Below, in pieces: positions 30,471 to 40,759 of a stretch of DNA of 64,000 nucleotides. The stretch's first letter is position 1. Each line of letters starts with the position of its first letter. The DNA is from a virus (Duplodnaviria; Caudoviricetes), in IMG/VR virus record IMGVR_UViG_3300012983_000031, positions 156,296 to 220,295 of that record; one strand, written 5' to 3'. The translations under genes and the position numbers were made by a program. The notes under the pieces are model-generated. The model had not been told where the DNA came from. It did not search any database and worked only from the letters and a program-made list of their open reading frames with translations.

Positions 30471-31178
30471 CTAATAGTAGATGGTCTTCAAATCAGGATA
30501 GCATTCCTGCGTTTCATCAACCAGAACGACCTCGCTGATCTCTGTATTGATGTGACCTGCATCCGCATAATCTACACCATCCGCCGCCATCTTCTTCGCA
30601 ACTTCAAGTGCTTCATCGTCGCGGCCAGCATAGATGTACTCTGAATCTGGAATGAAATCTGGATCATCTTCTACGCTGAAATCAACACGGTAACATACGT
30701 TCACCTTCATCAGTTCGTCAGCCGAAAAGTTGAACAGAATTGGTTCCTTTGAATTGTCATGGATGTTAACCGCACCGAAAGGTTTACAGTCAACTCCGCC
30801 GATCCTAACGATTCGCCATACGTTCCTGTTATCGAAAACATGCTTGAACGAATCAGGAGTAGCGGTAACATAGTCGCCGACATTGAACCCCGAACACTGC
30901 TCGCTGAAATCAGCCTTATGCACGGTCAACGTGTAGTGCTCATTATTATACTCGCCAGAACGCCAGCATGAAAACATGTTCGGTGTATCAATGAAATCCT
31001 CGAACTGATCACATTCTGGATCCCAGAGCGAAAACGGCTCCTTTTTATATTTCTCCGCCATCTTGTGGAGTTCATTCTGCGCATCCTTCTCGCTGCCGTA
31101 CACACCGACAACGATGTTGACCACATCACCTGAAAGGTCGTTGACGAAATTCTCCACTAATACAAATACTTTTTTCAT
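30471..31178 (-). CDS. Hypothetical multi-module protein
   Basis: 235-aa ORF with consensus leader. Confidence 0.8.
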   Translation of the reverse strand: MKKVFVLVENFVNDLSGDVVNIVVGVYGSEKDAQNELHKMAEKYKKEPFSLWDPECDQFEDFIDTPNMFSCWRSGEYNNEHYTLTVHKADFSEQCSGFNVGDYVTATPDSFKHVFDNRNVWRIVRIGGVDCKPFGAVNIHDNSKEPILFNFSADELMKVNVCYRVDFSVEDDPDFIPDSEYIYAGRDDEALEVAKKMAADGVDYADAGHINTEISEVVLVDETQECYPDLKTIYY

Positions 31179-31223
31179 ACTGCTTTTTGTTTTTGTTGGT
31201 TGATACTATTTTTTATTTGGTAA

Positions 31224-31433
31224 TTATATACTATTTGACCTTTTTATTTCTTCTTTTGTTGCAAGACGGAATAACTTGCCTACTGATGCTTTCTCTTCTC
31301 CGAAATCATCATACATACATCCATCTTTATGGCAAACATATATTTTACCTTTTGTAAATGATGTGCCTAATTTTTTCCAGTTCTCTATACAAATGTATGA
31401 TTTACCTTTTTTTACTGTAATATTATTTTCCAT
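31224..31433 (-). CDS. Hypothetical protein
   Basis: FTKGKIY motif; ends FRLATKEEI. Confidence 0.7.
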   Translation of the reverse strand: MENNITVKKGKSYICIENWKKLGTSFTKGKIYVCHKDGCMYDDFGEEKASVGKLFRLATKEEIKRSNSI

Positions 31434-31743
31434 ACCTACTTTGACGTTTTGGATATAATTGTATATAGTTTCCTTTTATTTTGATGATGCAAAGTTACGA
31501 ACTTATTTTGACATCACCAAATTATTTTAGTTAAACAATGTTAATCGGATCAAATTAATTTCTGGAGTTCGCCCCAGTTCGCCCGTTAAGTAATGTCATT
31601 GACATTACCGAACTCCAAACAGATGAGGTTATATTTCTGTTATCTGGAGTTCGCACACAAAAAAGGTTCGGCTACCTGTAAAAGGTGACCGAACCAAAAT
31701 AAGATATTATAAAAAATGTTAAACTTTTGTGTATAATAATTTT

Positions 31744-32283
31744 TCAAACGTTGATGTCCTGCCATTGATCCGTCAGGTCTTCATTTGTGTCAATATCCTC
31801 TACCGATGTGGTTTCAACGTACTGGCATCCTGAATTTGGATCATACAGACTCATGTATTCAAACTTCAACTTCGCATCTTCAAGCGAACGCCCCTTAATC
31901 GTTACTTCCGAACGGAAAGTTACCCTGAAAAACGTTTCCTTTGATGGATTTCCGTTTCCCTTAAATGCTTGCAGGGTTTTCTGGAGTTCAATTTCGTCAT
32001 GTTGGTCATTAATGGCTTGCAGGATTCTCTGGAGTTCGACTTCGTCAAGTTTGTTGGCGAATATTTCTTCCCCGTCATCTACATTAACGACAATATTCCC
32101 GTTGCCAGTCAGCCAAACGTGGTTTAGCCTGTGGGTGTTTCCGAACGCATCTTCGATGTCGATGTCACTTCCGTGGAAATCAACCATTGAGTTGAGATCC
32201 TCCGTTCCGTTATAGTTGATGATCCTTGATGTTATGTCATTCATAAGATCCTCAAGCCGCTGTATGTCAAATGTACTTGTCAT
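31744..32283 (-). CDS. Hypothetical protein
   Basis: Cassette ORF. Confidence 0.75.
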   Translation of the reverse strand: MTSTFDIQRLEDLMNDITSRIINYNGTEDLNSMVDFHGSDIDIEDAFGNTHRLNHVWLTGNGNIVVNVDDGEEIFANKLDEVELQRILQAINDQHDEIELQKTLQAFKGNGNPSKETFFRVTFRSEVTIKGRSLEDAKLKFEYMSLYDPNSGCQYVETTSVEDIDTNEDLTDQWQDINV

Positions 32284-32513
32284 GCCTGTTGTATTTTAAT
32301 ATTCTTTATTACTCCCTTGTCGTTCGTCGTGTAGATGATTGACAGGATATTCTTTCCGTCTTTGGAGAAGCGGACTATGTTTCCGTCTATCTCTATATTG
32401 TAGTCGGTGAAAAGGTTCTGTGCAGTTTCGATGTTGTAACTGTTGATGTTTCCTTCAACCCCAAGCCCTACCCTATTGAGAATGTCGGTGATGAATGTCT
32501 TTAGTTCTTCCAT
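32280..32513 (-). CDS. Hypothetical protein
   Basis: Promoter -7 at 32541-32548. Confidence 0.7.
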   Translation of the reverse strand: MEELKTFITDILNRVGLGVEGNINSYNIETAQNLFTDYNIEIDGNIVRFSKDGKNILSIIYTTNDKGVIKNIKIQQA

Positions 32514-32591
32514 GTTGCTGTTATTTATTGTTTGGTGGTGCAAAGTTAAGCATAATGTTTTACACCACCAAACAATTTCAGTTAAATGTTG

Positions 32592-33077
32592 TTAACGAAC
32601 TCTGTCGAAAATCCTGTGTGCATTCACCCAGCCCTCGTTCTCGGTTTCCATGCCGTCGGATGAATAGTTGAAATCATCGCCGAACGCCTTCTTAAAGCAG
32701 AGAAGCGTGAGGCACACAGCCACATCATAAGGCTTTTCAGCGGTCTTGCAGAAATTGAAACTGTAATCTTCTGGATCATCCAAAAGGATTGCGCACGTTT
32801 CGTGAGAAAAATCGTTAACGCCGTCATCGTAGCCGTTGAACCACACCTTTGTGTCGCTGAACTCTGGTTCGCCTGTACCCATTCCGCCTGCGAGCCTCAA
32901 CGGGATCAGTTCCTTAACGTACTTCATCTTTTCGCTGTCGTACACATCAGTTTCAACCCTTTCAGGTAACTTTGCGAGGCACTTTTTAAGCAGTTTGACT
33001 GCTTTCTTGAACTTCGTTTCACCATCCTTGATGTCCTTTGGATTCATTGTGAACTTCCAATAATGCGTGTAACCCAT
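32592..33077 (-). CDS. Conserved hypothetical phage protein
   Basis: MGYTHYW...FNG...HET...FCKTA.KPYD.AV...SSDG. Confidence 0.8.
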   Translation of the reverse strand: MGYTHYWKFTMNPKDIKDGETKFKKAVKLLKKCLAKLPERVETDVYDSEKMKYVKELIPLRLAGGMGTGEPEFSDTKVWFNGYDDGVNDFSHETCAILLDDPEDYSFNFCKTAEKPYDVAVCLTLLCFKKAFGDDFNYSSDGMETENEGWVNAHRIFDRVR

Positions 33078-33511
33078 AATCGTAATGTTTTTTGTTGGTT
33101 AATACTATTTTTTATTTTGATGATGCAAAGTTACGGACTTTATATGACATAACCAAATTATTTTAGTTAAAGAATGTTAACTGGATCGATCTTTTTTCAC
33201 TCGCTGTCATACAGGATATAAATTATTTTTTCACAGACGGTAGTGTCTTGCTTCTGCCACAGTGAATGATTGATCAAAAATAAGGATGATTCAGTTTTTA
33301 GGATCATCCTTATTCATTGTTCGGTTTTGTTTTCTTACTCGTATTGGCTGTTCACTTCTTCAAGCCAGTCCTCATTGACGAGATAACTGCCTGATTCTGC
33401 CGTGGCGATCACATTGTCGTCGTAGCCTTCTTCTTCAAATAGATTGGAAAGGTCTTGGCTTTCTGGCCAGTCAATTTTAATCCATGCCACAATGTTTACG
33501 TTTTTTAATTG

Positions 33512-33802
33512 TTAATAATTGTTTTCCTCATCATCCTCCTCGACAATGGAGTAGTAACGGCTGTCGTATTCATAGGATCTCGTTCCGTCATCCTGTGTTG
33601 ACGTGAAATAAGGTTTCCAACATCTGACAAGCCCCCAGTTGTTGAATGATGTGTCATAGTCCTCATTGAAGAAACGAAGCAGTAGATTTTGTGCATCCTT
33701 CAATGTCATTCCCTTTGCAAGTGTGATAGTTGTCTTGCCGTTGAAATGTATGTCCCTCTGTGCAATGTAAGGGTTGGTCTGTCCTATAATCTTGTAACTC
33801 AT
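33512..33802 (-). CDS. Hypothetical protein
   Basis: TN.YIA.RD..FNGK...YDSRYY motifs. Confidence 0.75.
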   Translation of the reverse strand: MSYKIIGQTNPYIAQRDIHFNGKTTITLAKGMTLKDAQNLLLRFFNEDYDTSFNNWGLVRCWKPYFTSTQDDGTRSYEYDSRYYSIVEEDDEENNY

Positions 33803-33823
33803 AATGCTTTATGCTTTATATTG

Positions 33824-34102
33824 TCAATACATGGATCGTTCAAGTTTAGCCTTTAATGCCGTCAGAATGTCACCCTGAATGTTATCTGGAAGATCCTCTA
33901 TCTTGTAGATAGGATCGATTTCGTCATCAAAATCGATGTCCCTATAATCATAGCAGTATAAAATACCATTGATGATTTCAACCGTATTGGCGACTGAACA
34001 TTCATCATCCGTGTATGATGCGAGATCGATCAGGTACGGAAGGTTAACCATCCTTGCACTGTGTGATTGCAGAATCGACTTTATCTTTTCAAATTTATTC
34101 AT
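33824..34102 (-). CDS. Hypothetical protein
   Basis: Promoter -7 at 34130-34137. Confidence 0.7.
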   Translation of the reverse strand: MNKFEKIKSILQSHSARMVNLPYLIDLASYTDDECSVANTVEIINGILYCYDYRDIDFDDEIDPIYKIEDLPDNIQGDILTALKAKLERSMY

Positions 34103-34190
34103 AATGCTTTTTGTTTTTTGATTACAGTGCAAAGTTACGACTATTATATGACATCACCAAATTATTTTAGTTAAATGATGTTAAACCATT

Positions 34191-34496
34191 TTATTTAAGA
34201 CAAAGCGTGTTGAGTAATTCCCTGACCTTTTCCTGATCATCATTTGATCTTGTGCCGACATGCCATTCAATAGCCTCATCGTCATCAAAGTAACTATACT
34301 CCTTCCAGTCATAGATAGTGAACCGAAGGTTGTCATCACTGATGACATCCCATTCCCTTGTCGATTTGTTACCATAATCATCTGGCTTGTAGTAATTAGG
34401 TTCAAGACCCAACTTGCTTCTGATTTCATCAGTTGATGCAAAGATAGTCAAGCCGTGATGTGATGTGCCTAAAACGGCGGAAACGTCTGTTCTCAT
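34191..34496 (-). CDS. Hypothetical phage protein
   Basis: K...EW...FTIYDWKE...WHVG motif. Confidence 0.75.
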   Translation of the reverse strand: MRTDVSAVLGTSHHGLTIFASTDEIRSKLGLEPNYYKPDDYGNKSTREWDVISDDNLRFTIYDWKEYSYFDDDEAIEWHVGTRSNDDQEKVRELLNTLCLK

Positions 34497-34798
34497 AATT
34501 CAATATTTAATAATGTTATTTTATTATAGTGCAAAGGTACGGACTTTATATGACATAACCAAATTATTTTAGTTAAAAGGTGTTAACACGAACTTCAGTG
34601 AACCTTATTTAACATCAGTTAATAATACTGTGACTTCTGGAGTTCGCCTCCTGTGATCTGGCGGTAATGTCAATGACATTACTTGGCAGGCAGCATCCTA
34701 CGATTCTGGTGATAATCTGGCGTTACAACACAAAAAGGGATCAACCCCGAAGGATCGATCCCGCCAAGCAATACGAAAAAAGAAATTTAATATGTAAA

Positions 34799-35506
34799 TC
34801 AAGAATGTTGCTTCCAAGAGTTGACAAGATCATCTATCAACTTCGCCTGCTCCATCGTTATGTCAGTAACCGTGTAGTTGAAAGTAGGCGGTATTTCCGA
34901 TAGTGTCATCGTCTTTTCGTCAAGAACAAGCCCGTTTGCATCGACTGCGTTCATGAACTCCATTATTTCCTCTGACGTTGATGGTCGCATGTCATCAGAT
35001 TCATCCAAGTTCGCAAAGTTGTTGCAAGGCTCGAACATGAGTTCGTCGTTTGGTCTGTAATATTCTGCGAGCGTTGTAACCTTGTCACCATTCATCTTGT
35101 TGAATATGAAAACACCGTCATTATCAGTGATGAAATCCCCGTGCCTTGCATCATTGATTGTCCACTTGTGGAATTTGCTTTCACATTCGTTGACTTCCAT
35201 GCACTTGCACGTTTCGGCGAAATCGTCAGAGAAATAATTTGCGTTTGACCTGCCTGTAATCTTGACGATCTCCCGTGGTTCGATTCCATCATTGGTGACG
35301 ATAATGTCATACAGGTTGAACTTGTGGTAATGGCAATGCCTGCTGCCAACCAAAAGCGTATCGTTTTTATCCAAGGCGGCGATTTCTGCCGAACTGCCAT
35401 CCGTGAAAGAATAGAACGTGTCGTTCACCGCTGATATTGTATGGAACGTAACTGTTTTATCAGTTATCATGGCGATCTTATCGCCTTCATTAAATCTGTG
35501 TGCCAT
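34799..35506 (-). CDS. Hypothetical protein
   Basis: WTINDARHGD and RPST.EE motifs. Confidence 0.8.
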   Translation of the reverse strand: MAHRFNEGDKIAMITDKTVTFHTISAVNDTFYSFTDGSSAEIAALDKNDTLLVGSRHCHYHKFNLYDIIVTNDGIEPREIVKITGRSNANYFSDDFAETCKCMEVNECESKFHKWTINDARHGDFITDNDGVFIFNKMNGDKVTTLAEYYRPNDELMFEPCNNFANLDESDDMRPSTSEEIMEFMNAVDANGLVLDEKTMTLSEIPPTFNYTVTDITMEQAKLIDDLVNSWKQHS

Positions 35507-35510
35507 AACT

Positions 35511-35726
35511 TTATTTGTTCTTTGTTAATTGTTTCTTATCCATTATCCCATGAGCCATCAGGCACATCAGGAGTTCGTTTTTTGGCTCAACACCGTAATA
35601 AAACTGGTTGAGAAGAAGATTTATGTAGCCTTTAAGCGTTGTTTGATCATTCCTGTGCTCTTCCATCCACCTGATTCCAACGTTGTAGGCTTCATTTCGT
35701 AAATTCATTAATTCCTGTCTATCCAT
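35511..35726 (-). CDS. Hypothetical protein
   Basis: Promoter -7 at ~35748; start reassigned. Confidence 0.7.
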   Translation of the reverse strand: MDRQELMNLRNEAYNVGIRWMEEHRNDQTTLKGYINLLLNQFYYGVEPKNELLMCLMAHGIMDKKQLTKNK

Positions 35727-36022
35727 ATTGTTTTCTGTTTGGTGATGCAAAGTTACTGACTTTATTTGAAACAGCAAAATTTTCCATGTTAATTTTTGTG
35801 AAAATAATGAAAATATTTTTTGGAAAAAATTCTGGAAAATAATCTGGAAAATTTTTTGAAAAAAATAATAATGCAAATTCAGTAAGCGAACGCCACCGAT
35901 CACATCATCCTATGGAAATACATGAGATTTTTCTTGACACACTACACAGATTATATGAGTGCCTTACCCATATTGCCATGATGAACTTTAGATGATGAAA
36001 TCCTGTCATTGAATCACTGGCT

Positions 36023-36370
36023 TCAGCCGATCCAGTCAATCCTGCTGTACTCCATGCAGAAATGGTCGAAGAACTCCTTGCTCCACCTCGTGAAGAATAT
36101 GTAATCGTCACGCATTATCTTGTAGAGTGGGAAATCCTTTTCCTCACATAAGGTTTCCTTGATCGTCTTGTTGAGAAGATCCATAAAGACCTTGAACATC
36201 TTCTCCCTGTCACTTTCCTCGCCAGAGAACATCCTGACGAACTCCCGATGCTGGTTCATCAAATCATGGATGTCATTCACCGCCTTGTAAATGGGGTAGC
36301 GGTAATCCTGCATACATTCGTATGCGTCTATCAGTTCGTTGAACGCTGGTATGTAACATACTGTTGACAT
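36023..36370 (-). CDS. Hypothetical protein
   Basis: Promoter -7 at 36420-36427. Confidence 0.7.
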   Translation of the reverse strand: MSTVCYIPAFNELIDAYECMQDYRYPIYKAVNDIHDLMNQHREFVRMFSGEESDREKMFKVFMDLLNKTIKETLCEEKDFPLYKIMRDDYIFFTRWSKEFFDHFCMEYSRIDWIG

Positions 36371-37039
36371 AATTCATTTCTCCTTTCATTGCTGTATTAC
36401 TTTTGTTTTTAATCTGATACAAAGTTACGAACTCCATCCGTAACCACCAAATCTTTTTTCCTAAAAAATGTTAAATCGAAACAGGATTTATATGAAATGT
36501 ATATGAGAAGGACAATTTATTTCCTAATATGATAAATGTGAACTCCAGACATCACGTCATTACCTTATATTATAATTCAGGATCAAATTAATTTCTGGAG
36601 TTCGCCATTAACATTTGTTAACATACTTCGGCAGATGATGATGCACGCGTCGGTCATCAGGTAATGTCAATGACATTACTTACTGGGGGTACCCCCTTCC
36701 TTGGGTACTGGTCAAAGCCTTGGGTTCACCTCCTTGAACTGTTGGTAATGTCAATGACATTACTTCTGGATCCGTGAAAGCATCTTGGTCATGGATTTAC
36801 TTGGACATATATGCACTTCTGGAGTTCGGCAGTGTCCCTGATCTGTTGGTAATGTCAATGACATTACTTGGCTGGCGACGCGTGCCAGATCCTGGTGTTA
36901 AAAAATGTTAAATGATGTTAACAAAAAAACAGGGACTACCCTCACGGGCAATCCCTGCAAACAACTTTAGTAAAAAATATAATCAAGACAAAAAGGTCAT
37001 TCTTTAGTCATCATGGAAGGAAGCACCTTCTTCATTTAC

Positions 37040-37426
37040 TTAACATACATTCTGTGCCTGTTCGAGGATTAATTTCGCCGACTTCTGGAGTTCGCCAGAT
37101 ATGAACCTGTTTGCTATTTCATCCGCCTGTTGGAAAATAGCATCCGCAAACTTCTGCATCTGCTTCTCCGAACGCCTGCCTACTTCTTTCAGGAAAACGT
37201 AATATCCCTGATGCTCCATCTTACCGTCATACATAACGCTGTAACTGTGCTCCTTGATGTTTATAGGTGTGACATAGCATGTGATGCCACGCCTCTGGAT
37301 CGCATCGCTGAAAACAGAGTGACCGCCAATATTGTGTTTAACCTCGATACGGATTGTGTTCGCCTTGAACCCCTTTCCGTCATCCACAGGATTCTCTAAC
37401 TTGATGTCTTTAATAAATTCCTTCAT
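37040..37426 (-). CDS. Hypothetical protein
   Basis: Cassette ORF. Confidence 0.75.
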   Translation of the reverse strand: MKEFIKDIKLENPVDDGKGFKANTIRIEVKHNIGGHSVFSDAIQRRGITCYVTPINIKEHSYSVMYDGKMEHQGYYVFLKEVGRRSEKQMQKFADAIFQQADEIANRFISGELQKSAKLILEQAQNVC

Positions 37427-37429
37427 GCT

Positions 37430-37735
37430 TCAAATGTCTTTATAAGTTAATTCTATTTCTGGAAAAAGTAATTGCGCTGAAAGCGATATGCCTGTCATCA
37501 AAGGATAGTACGCATTCTCTGGCGAACGAACATCATCCCCATGGGACAGATGATAGGATTTCCTGATCCCCTTCATGAAACACACATCCACATCATCCCC
37601 TTCAAGCCAAGCATAGAACCTGCACCTGTTGCCTTCCAGACCGAACGAACGTTCAACCCTTTTGTTTTCGACGAGTTCCCTTGCAAGTTCTATTTCTGGA
37701 GTTCCCGTTAAATCGTATATGCTAACACTTTTCAT
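37430..37735 (-). CDS. Hypothetical protein
   Basis: Cassette ORF. Confidence 0.7.
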   Translation of the reverse strand: MKSVSIYDLTGTPEIELARELVENKRVERSFGLEGNRCRFYAWLEGDDVDVCFMKGIRKSYHLSHGDDVRSPENAYYPLMTGISLSAQLLFPEIELTYKDI

Positions 37736-37983
37736 GCGAAATCCTGATATAGATCATGGTATATTGCATCAATTACCTTTTGAGGCAGTTTGCAGAGTGA
37801 TGCTGTTCCGTAGCCGTTCCTGCCCTCGAATGAGAGTGCGACTATTGTCTTGCCGTTGTCTGTCAGGGCGTAGTACTTTCCGCAAGCGGCTGAAAGTTGA
37901 ACGCTTCCACAATCCCTAACGACTTCGTTGATGAAGGAAAGTTTCTTGTTTTCCTTGCCTGATGTCAAACCAATCTTCTTCAT
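37732..37983 (-). CDS. Hypothetical protein
   Basis: Cassette ORF. Confidence 0.7.
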   Translation of the reverse strand: MKKIGLTSGKENKKLSFINEVVRDCGSVQLSAACGKYYALTDNGKTIVALSFEGRNGYGTASLCKLPQKVIDAIYHDLYQDFA

Positions 37984-38006
37984 AATTCATATTTGTTTTT
38001 AGTTGT

Positions 38007-38180
38007 TTATCCTTTTGAGAATATTACTGATATGTCCCCCTGTTCGTTGAATGCGTAGAGAGTCTTCGGTGATTCAGTCAGTCGGTAACGTTTGAACGCC
38101 TCACGATAATCTTCAAACTGTTCCTGTATGTTGCCGAAATCAGCGTGAAGCGTGTAACGTACATATTTTCTCTTTGCCAT
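38007..38180 (-). CDS. Small hypothetical protein (57 aa)
   Basis: MAKRKYVRYTLHADFG...; first gene after promoter (-7 at 38222-38229); below ORF-track cutoff. Confidence 0.65.
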   Translation of the reverse strand: MAKRKYVRYTLHADFGNIQEQFEDYREAFKRYRLTESPKTLYAFNEQGDISVIFSKG

Positions 38181-38432
38181 AGTCGTTGTTTTTTATGATT
38201 ACTTATTTTTTTAATTCATTGCAAAGTTACGTACTTATTCTGACATCACCAAATTATTTTAGTTAAATGATGTTAAACTGGTGAAAATAATTTCAGCATC
38301 TTCTGGAGTTCGCCCTCTGCATCCTGTGGTATTCCTGATATGTCATTGTCGGGAACCCGTTGCTGGATCTTGGCACGTTGGTGATGTATTCATCCCATAG
38401 ATGTTTTGGTGGCATAGTGATCTTGTATTATG

Positions 38433-38708
38433 TTAATAATATATGTTCTTTGATATTAATCTACTCTTTTTCCAGTGTTCCATCTTCTCGTTAACGTCTT
38501 TCGTCAGGTAGTCAACACATTCATAATATGTCGGAAACCTATACTTGCACAGTAACGTTCCGTAACCGTAATCACGATCATCATAAACATATTCTATCCA
38601 TATCTTAAATAACCAAAGATTCAGAAAAAGTTCTTCTGCATGATATTCGCTGTGACCATCAGCGAACGTCTTCTTTACGATGCGAAATGTCTTGTTACCT
38701 ATCTTCAT
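38433..38708 (-). CDS. Hypothetical protein
   Basis: FRIVKK...Y motif similar to 62966 protein. Confidence 0.7.
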   Translation of the reverse strand: MKIGNKTFRIVKKTFADGHSEYHAEELFLNLWLFKIWIEYVYDDRDYGYGTLLCKYRFPTYYECVDYLTKDVNEKMEHWKKSRLISKNIYY

Positions 38709-38760
38709 AATTATATTGTTTTTTGTTTGATGATGCAAAGGTACGACTATTATTTGAAAC

Positions 38761-38856
38761 TACCAAATATATTTCGTTAAAGAATGTTAATTTGATCAAG
38801 ATAATTTCTGATGACCAAGACGACTCACCGACATGGAGTAATGTCATTGACATTAC
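38761..38856. repeat. ~95-bp direct repeat (second copy 40123-40218)
   Basis: TACCAAATATATTT.GTTAAAGAATGTTAATTTGATCAAGATAATTT.TGATGACCAAGACGACTCACCGACA...palindrome. Confidence 0.9.
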
Positions 38857-38961
38857 TTTTCTGGCTATTAACTTCAGCATACTCGTCCGCCATGAACAAA
38901 AATAAAAAAGGATCGATCCATTATGTTCTGGATCGATCCCATTTCATGTTATGTATGTTTG

Positions 38962-39249
38962 TCAGCAAGCCTTGACTGCAAGACAGGCATACTGTCCTTT
39001 CAGTTTGATGTTGATATGGAATACCTTGCCATCGAGTTTGATCTTCACTCCGAAAGGACGTTTTGTCGATGAAACAAGTTGAATGCCATAGTCTGGAAAA
39101 TTCTTGTTGATTGAATTGAAGATCACCTTGCCGTATTCATTGATGTCCTCGTACTGGCTTTCATCACGCCATCTGTCATACAGGTTGAAGAAACAGTTGT
39201 CAATATTTTCATTGTTGATGATCGCTGATAATTTTTCGTAAGTAGTCAT
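38962..39249 (-). CDS. Hypothetical protein
   Basis: LY.RW.DE..YED...Y and TKRPFG motifs. Confidence 0.75.
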   Translation of the reverse strand: MTTYEKLSAIINNENIDNCFFNLYDRWRDESQYEDINEYGKVIFNSINKNFPDYGIQLVSSTKRPFGVKIKLDGKVFHINIKLKGQYACLAVKAC

Positions 39250-39272
39250 AATGCTTTTTGTTTTTTTATATG

Positions 39273-39632
39273 TTAATTAGTAATCTCTCCAGTTTCTTTA
39301 AGTTGATCGATCATCCAGTCATATCCCAAGAAGCCTTCGGATTTCTTGTCAGCCTCTTTAGACTCTGATTTCGTGACAAGCCTTACATTTACGTTTGCCA
39401 CCCATCCGTCGCCAAAGTCATGTTGAAAGTTACCCTCGTTCAATTTAGGGTAAATATTCTTGCCGTACCTGAATCCACGGCATGATCTCGTGTATTTCCT
39501 ACCCTCGCCCGTCCATCTGTTGTTCCAAGTGTTGAACCTCGGCATGGTAAGGGTGAAAAGAATATGATCCTTCTTCTCTGGCTTTATTTCAGTAAGTTTG
39601 TATAACTTTCCGTCTATTTCTATTGTCTTCAT
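39273..39632 (-). CDS. Hypothetical protein
   Basis: F.L.MP...W...W.GE, FGDGW.A, S.GF.GYDWMI motifs. Confidence 0.75.
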   Translation of the reverse strand: MKTIEIDGKLYKLTEIKPEKKDHILFTLTMPRFNTWNNRWTGEGRKYTRSCRGFRYGKNIYPKLNEGNFQHDFGDGWVANVNVRLVTKSESKEADKKSEGFLGYDWMIDQLKETGEITN

Positions 39633-39648
39633 AATCTGATTGATTTAC

Positions 39649-40068
39649 TCATTTAACAAAATGTGCGATGTCGAAATATATTTCAACAAAGCATTTATTT
39701 CCAATCATGCTCATTTCAAATACTATTCCTCCGCTGAAAGAACCGTATTCAGTCTTACCTCTCTTGATGATTTCATAAAGACCGTGATTTAGCCGTTCCC
39801 TCATACTGTCGATCATCTGTTCCTTCGTTGGTATTTCCTCCTTTGATCCATTGCTCCATGTCCAATCATTATCTTTCATGAATTTAAGCACAATATCAAA
39901 GTCAAAAGCACTCACCTCCTCATCAAATGCCTTGTTAAAGTTCCTCATGATGTTGATTTCATGACCAATCTTTAGGTCATTCATGTACTCGCTATCAAGT
40001 ATCTCATTAAGTTTCTTGATGTCAGACTCATGAAACTTACGCCATGTAGTGTTGATTTTGTATCCCAT
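39649..40068 (-). CDS. Hypothetical protein
   Basis: Promoter -7 at ~40098; start reassigned. Confidence 0.75.
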   Translation of the reverse strand: MGYKINTTWRKFHESDIKKLNEILDSEYMNDLKIGHEINIMRNFNKAFDEEVSAFDFDIVLKFMKDNDWTWSNGSKEEIPTKEQMIDSMRERLNHGLYEIIKRGKTEYGSFSGGIVFEMSMIGNKCFVEIYFDIAHFVK

Positions 40069-40325
40069 TGTCTTTAATGTTTTTGTTATTACTGGTGCAA
40101 AGTTAGTGACTTTATGTGACATTACCAAATATATTTTGTTAAAGAATGTTAATTTGATCAAGATAATTTATGATGACCAAGACGACTCACCGACAGGAAA
40201 TAATGTCATTGACATTACAACGCGGGACGAGGATATTTGAGTTTCTACTTATCAGGTTCGTATATAACAAAAAAATCGATCCCCAAGTTAATGGAGATCG
40301 ATCCGTGTCAAGTGTTGTGGCTATG

Positions 40326-40739
40326 TTAATAATCATTCGCTATGGTGTAAAGTGCAAGGTTGACTTTGACCCAGTTGCTGTTATTGACAGTCGATTCTAT
40401 GATCCTGATTCTGTATTCAGTATCGGATTTACTGTTAATATATTTGTTGAGGCTTTCAATATCCTCGCCACGTTTGCCTATCCAGATTCCTGGCCGATCT
40501 GTGACAAGATATATCACATCATCTATGACGAAAAGATCATTGAACTGTCTATTCTGCTTATTGTTTTTAGTCATCCACAATGCGAAATAGATGCAGATGT
40601 TTTCAGTCTGTTTCTTATCCTCTGCAATGGATGCAAGCCAACGGTAGAAAAGATAGTTTTTCTGATACTCGCTTCTCGAATTTTTATTCAAAAAATTTTT
40701 TAGAAATCTTTTCAGATATTTCTTTAAAATATTTTCCAT
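40326..40739 (-). CDS. KH-domain protein resembling the uS3 KH motif (paralog 2)
   Basis: LVTDRPGIWIGKRGEDIESLNKYI vs uS3 [20 protein letters not shown]. Confidence 0.7.
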   Translation of the reverse strand: MENILKKYLKRFLKNFLNKNSRSEYQKNYLFYRWLASIAEDKKQTENICIYFALWMTKNNKQNRQFNDLFVIDDVIYLVTDRPGIWIGKRGEDIESLNKYINSKSDTEYRIRIIESTVNNSNWVKVNLALYTIANDY

Positions 40740-40759
40740 AATTATTCCTGTTTTATTTT

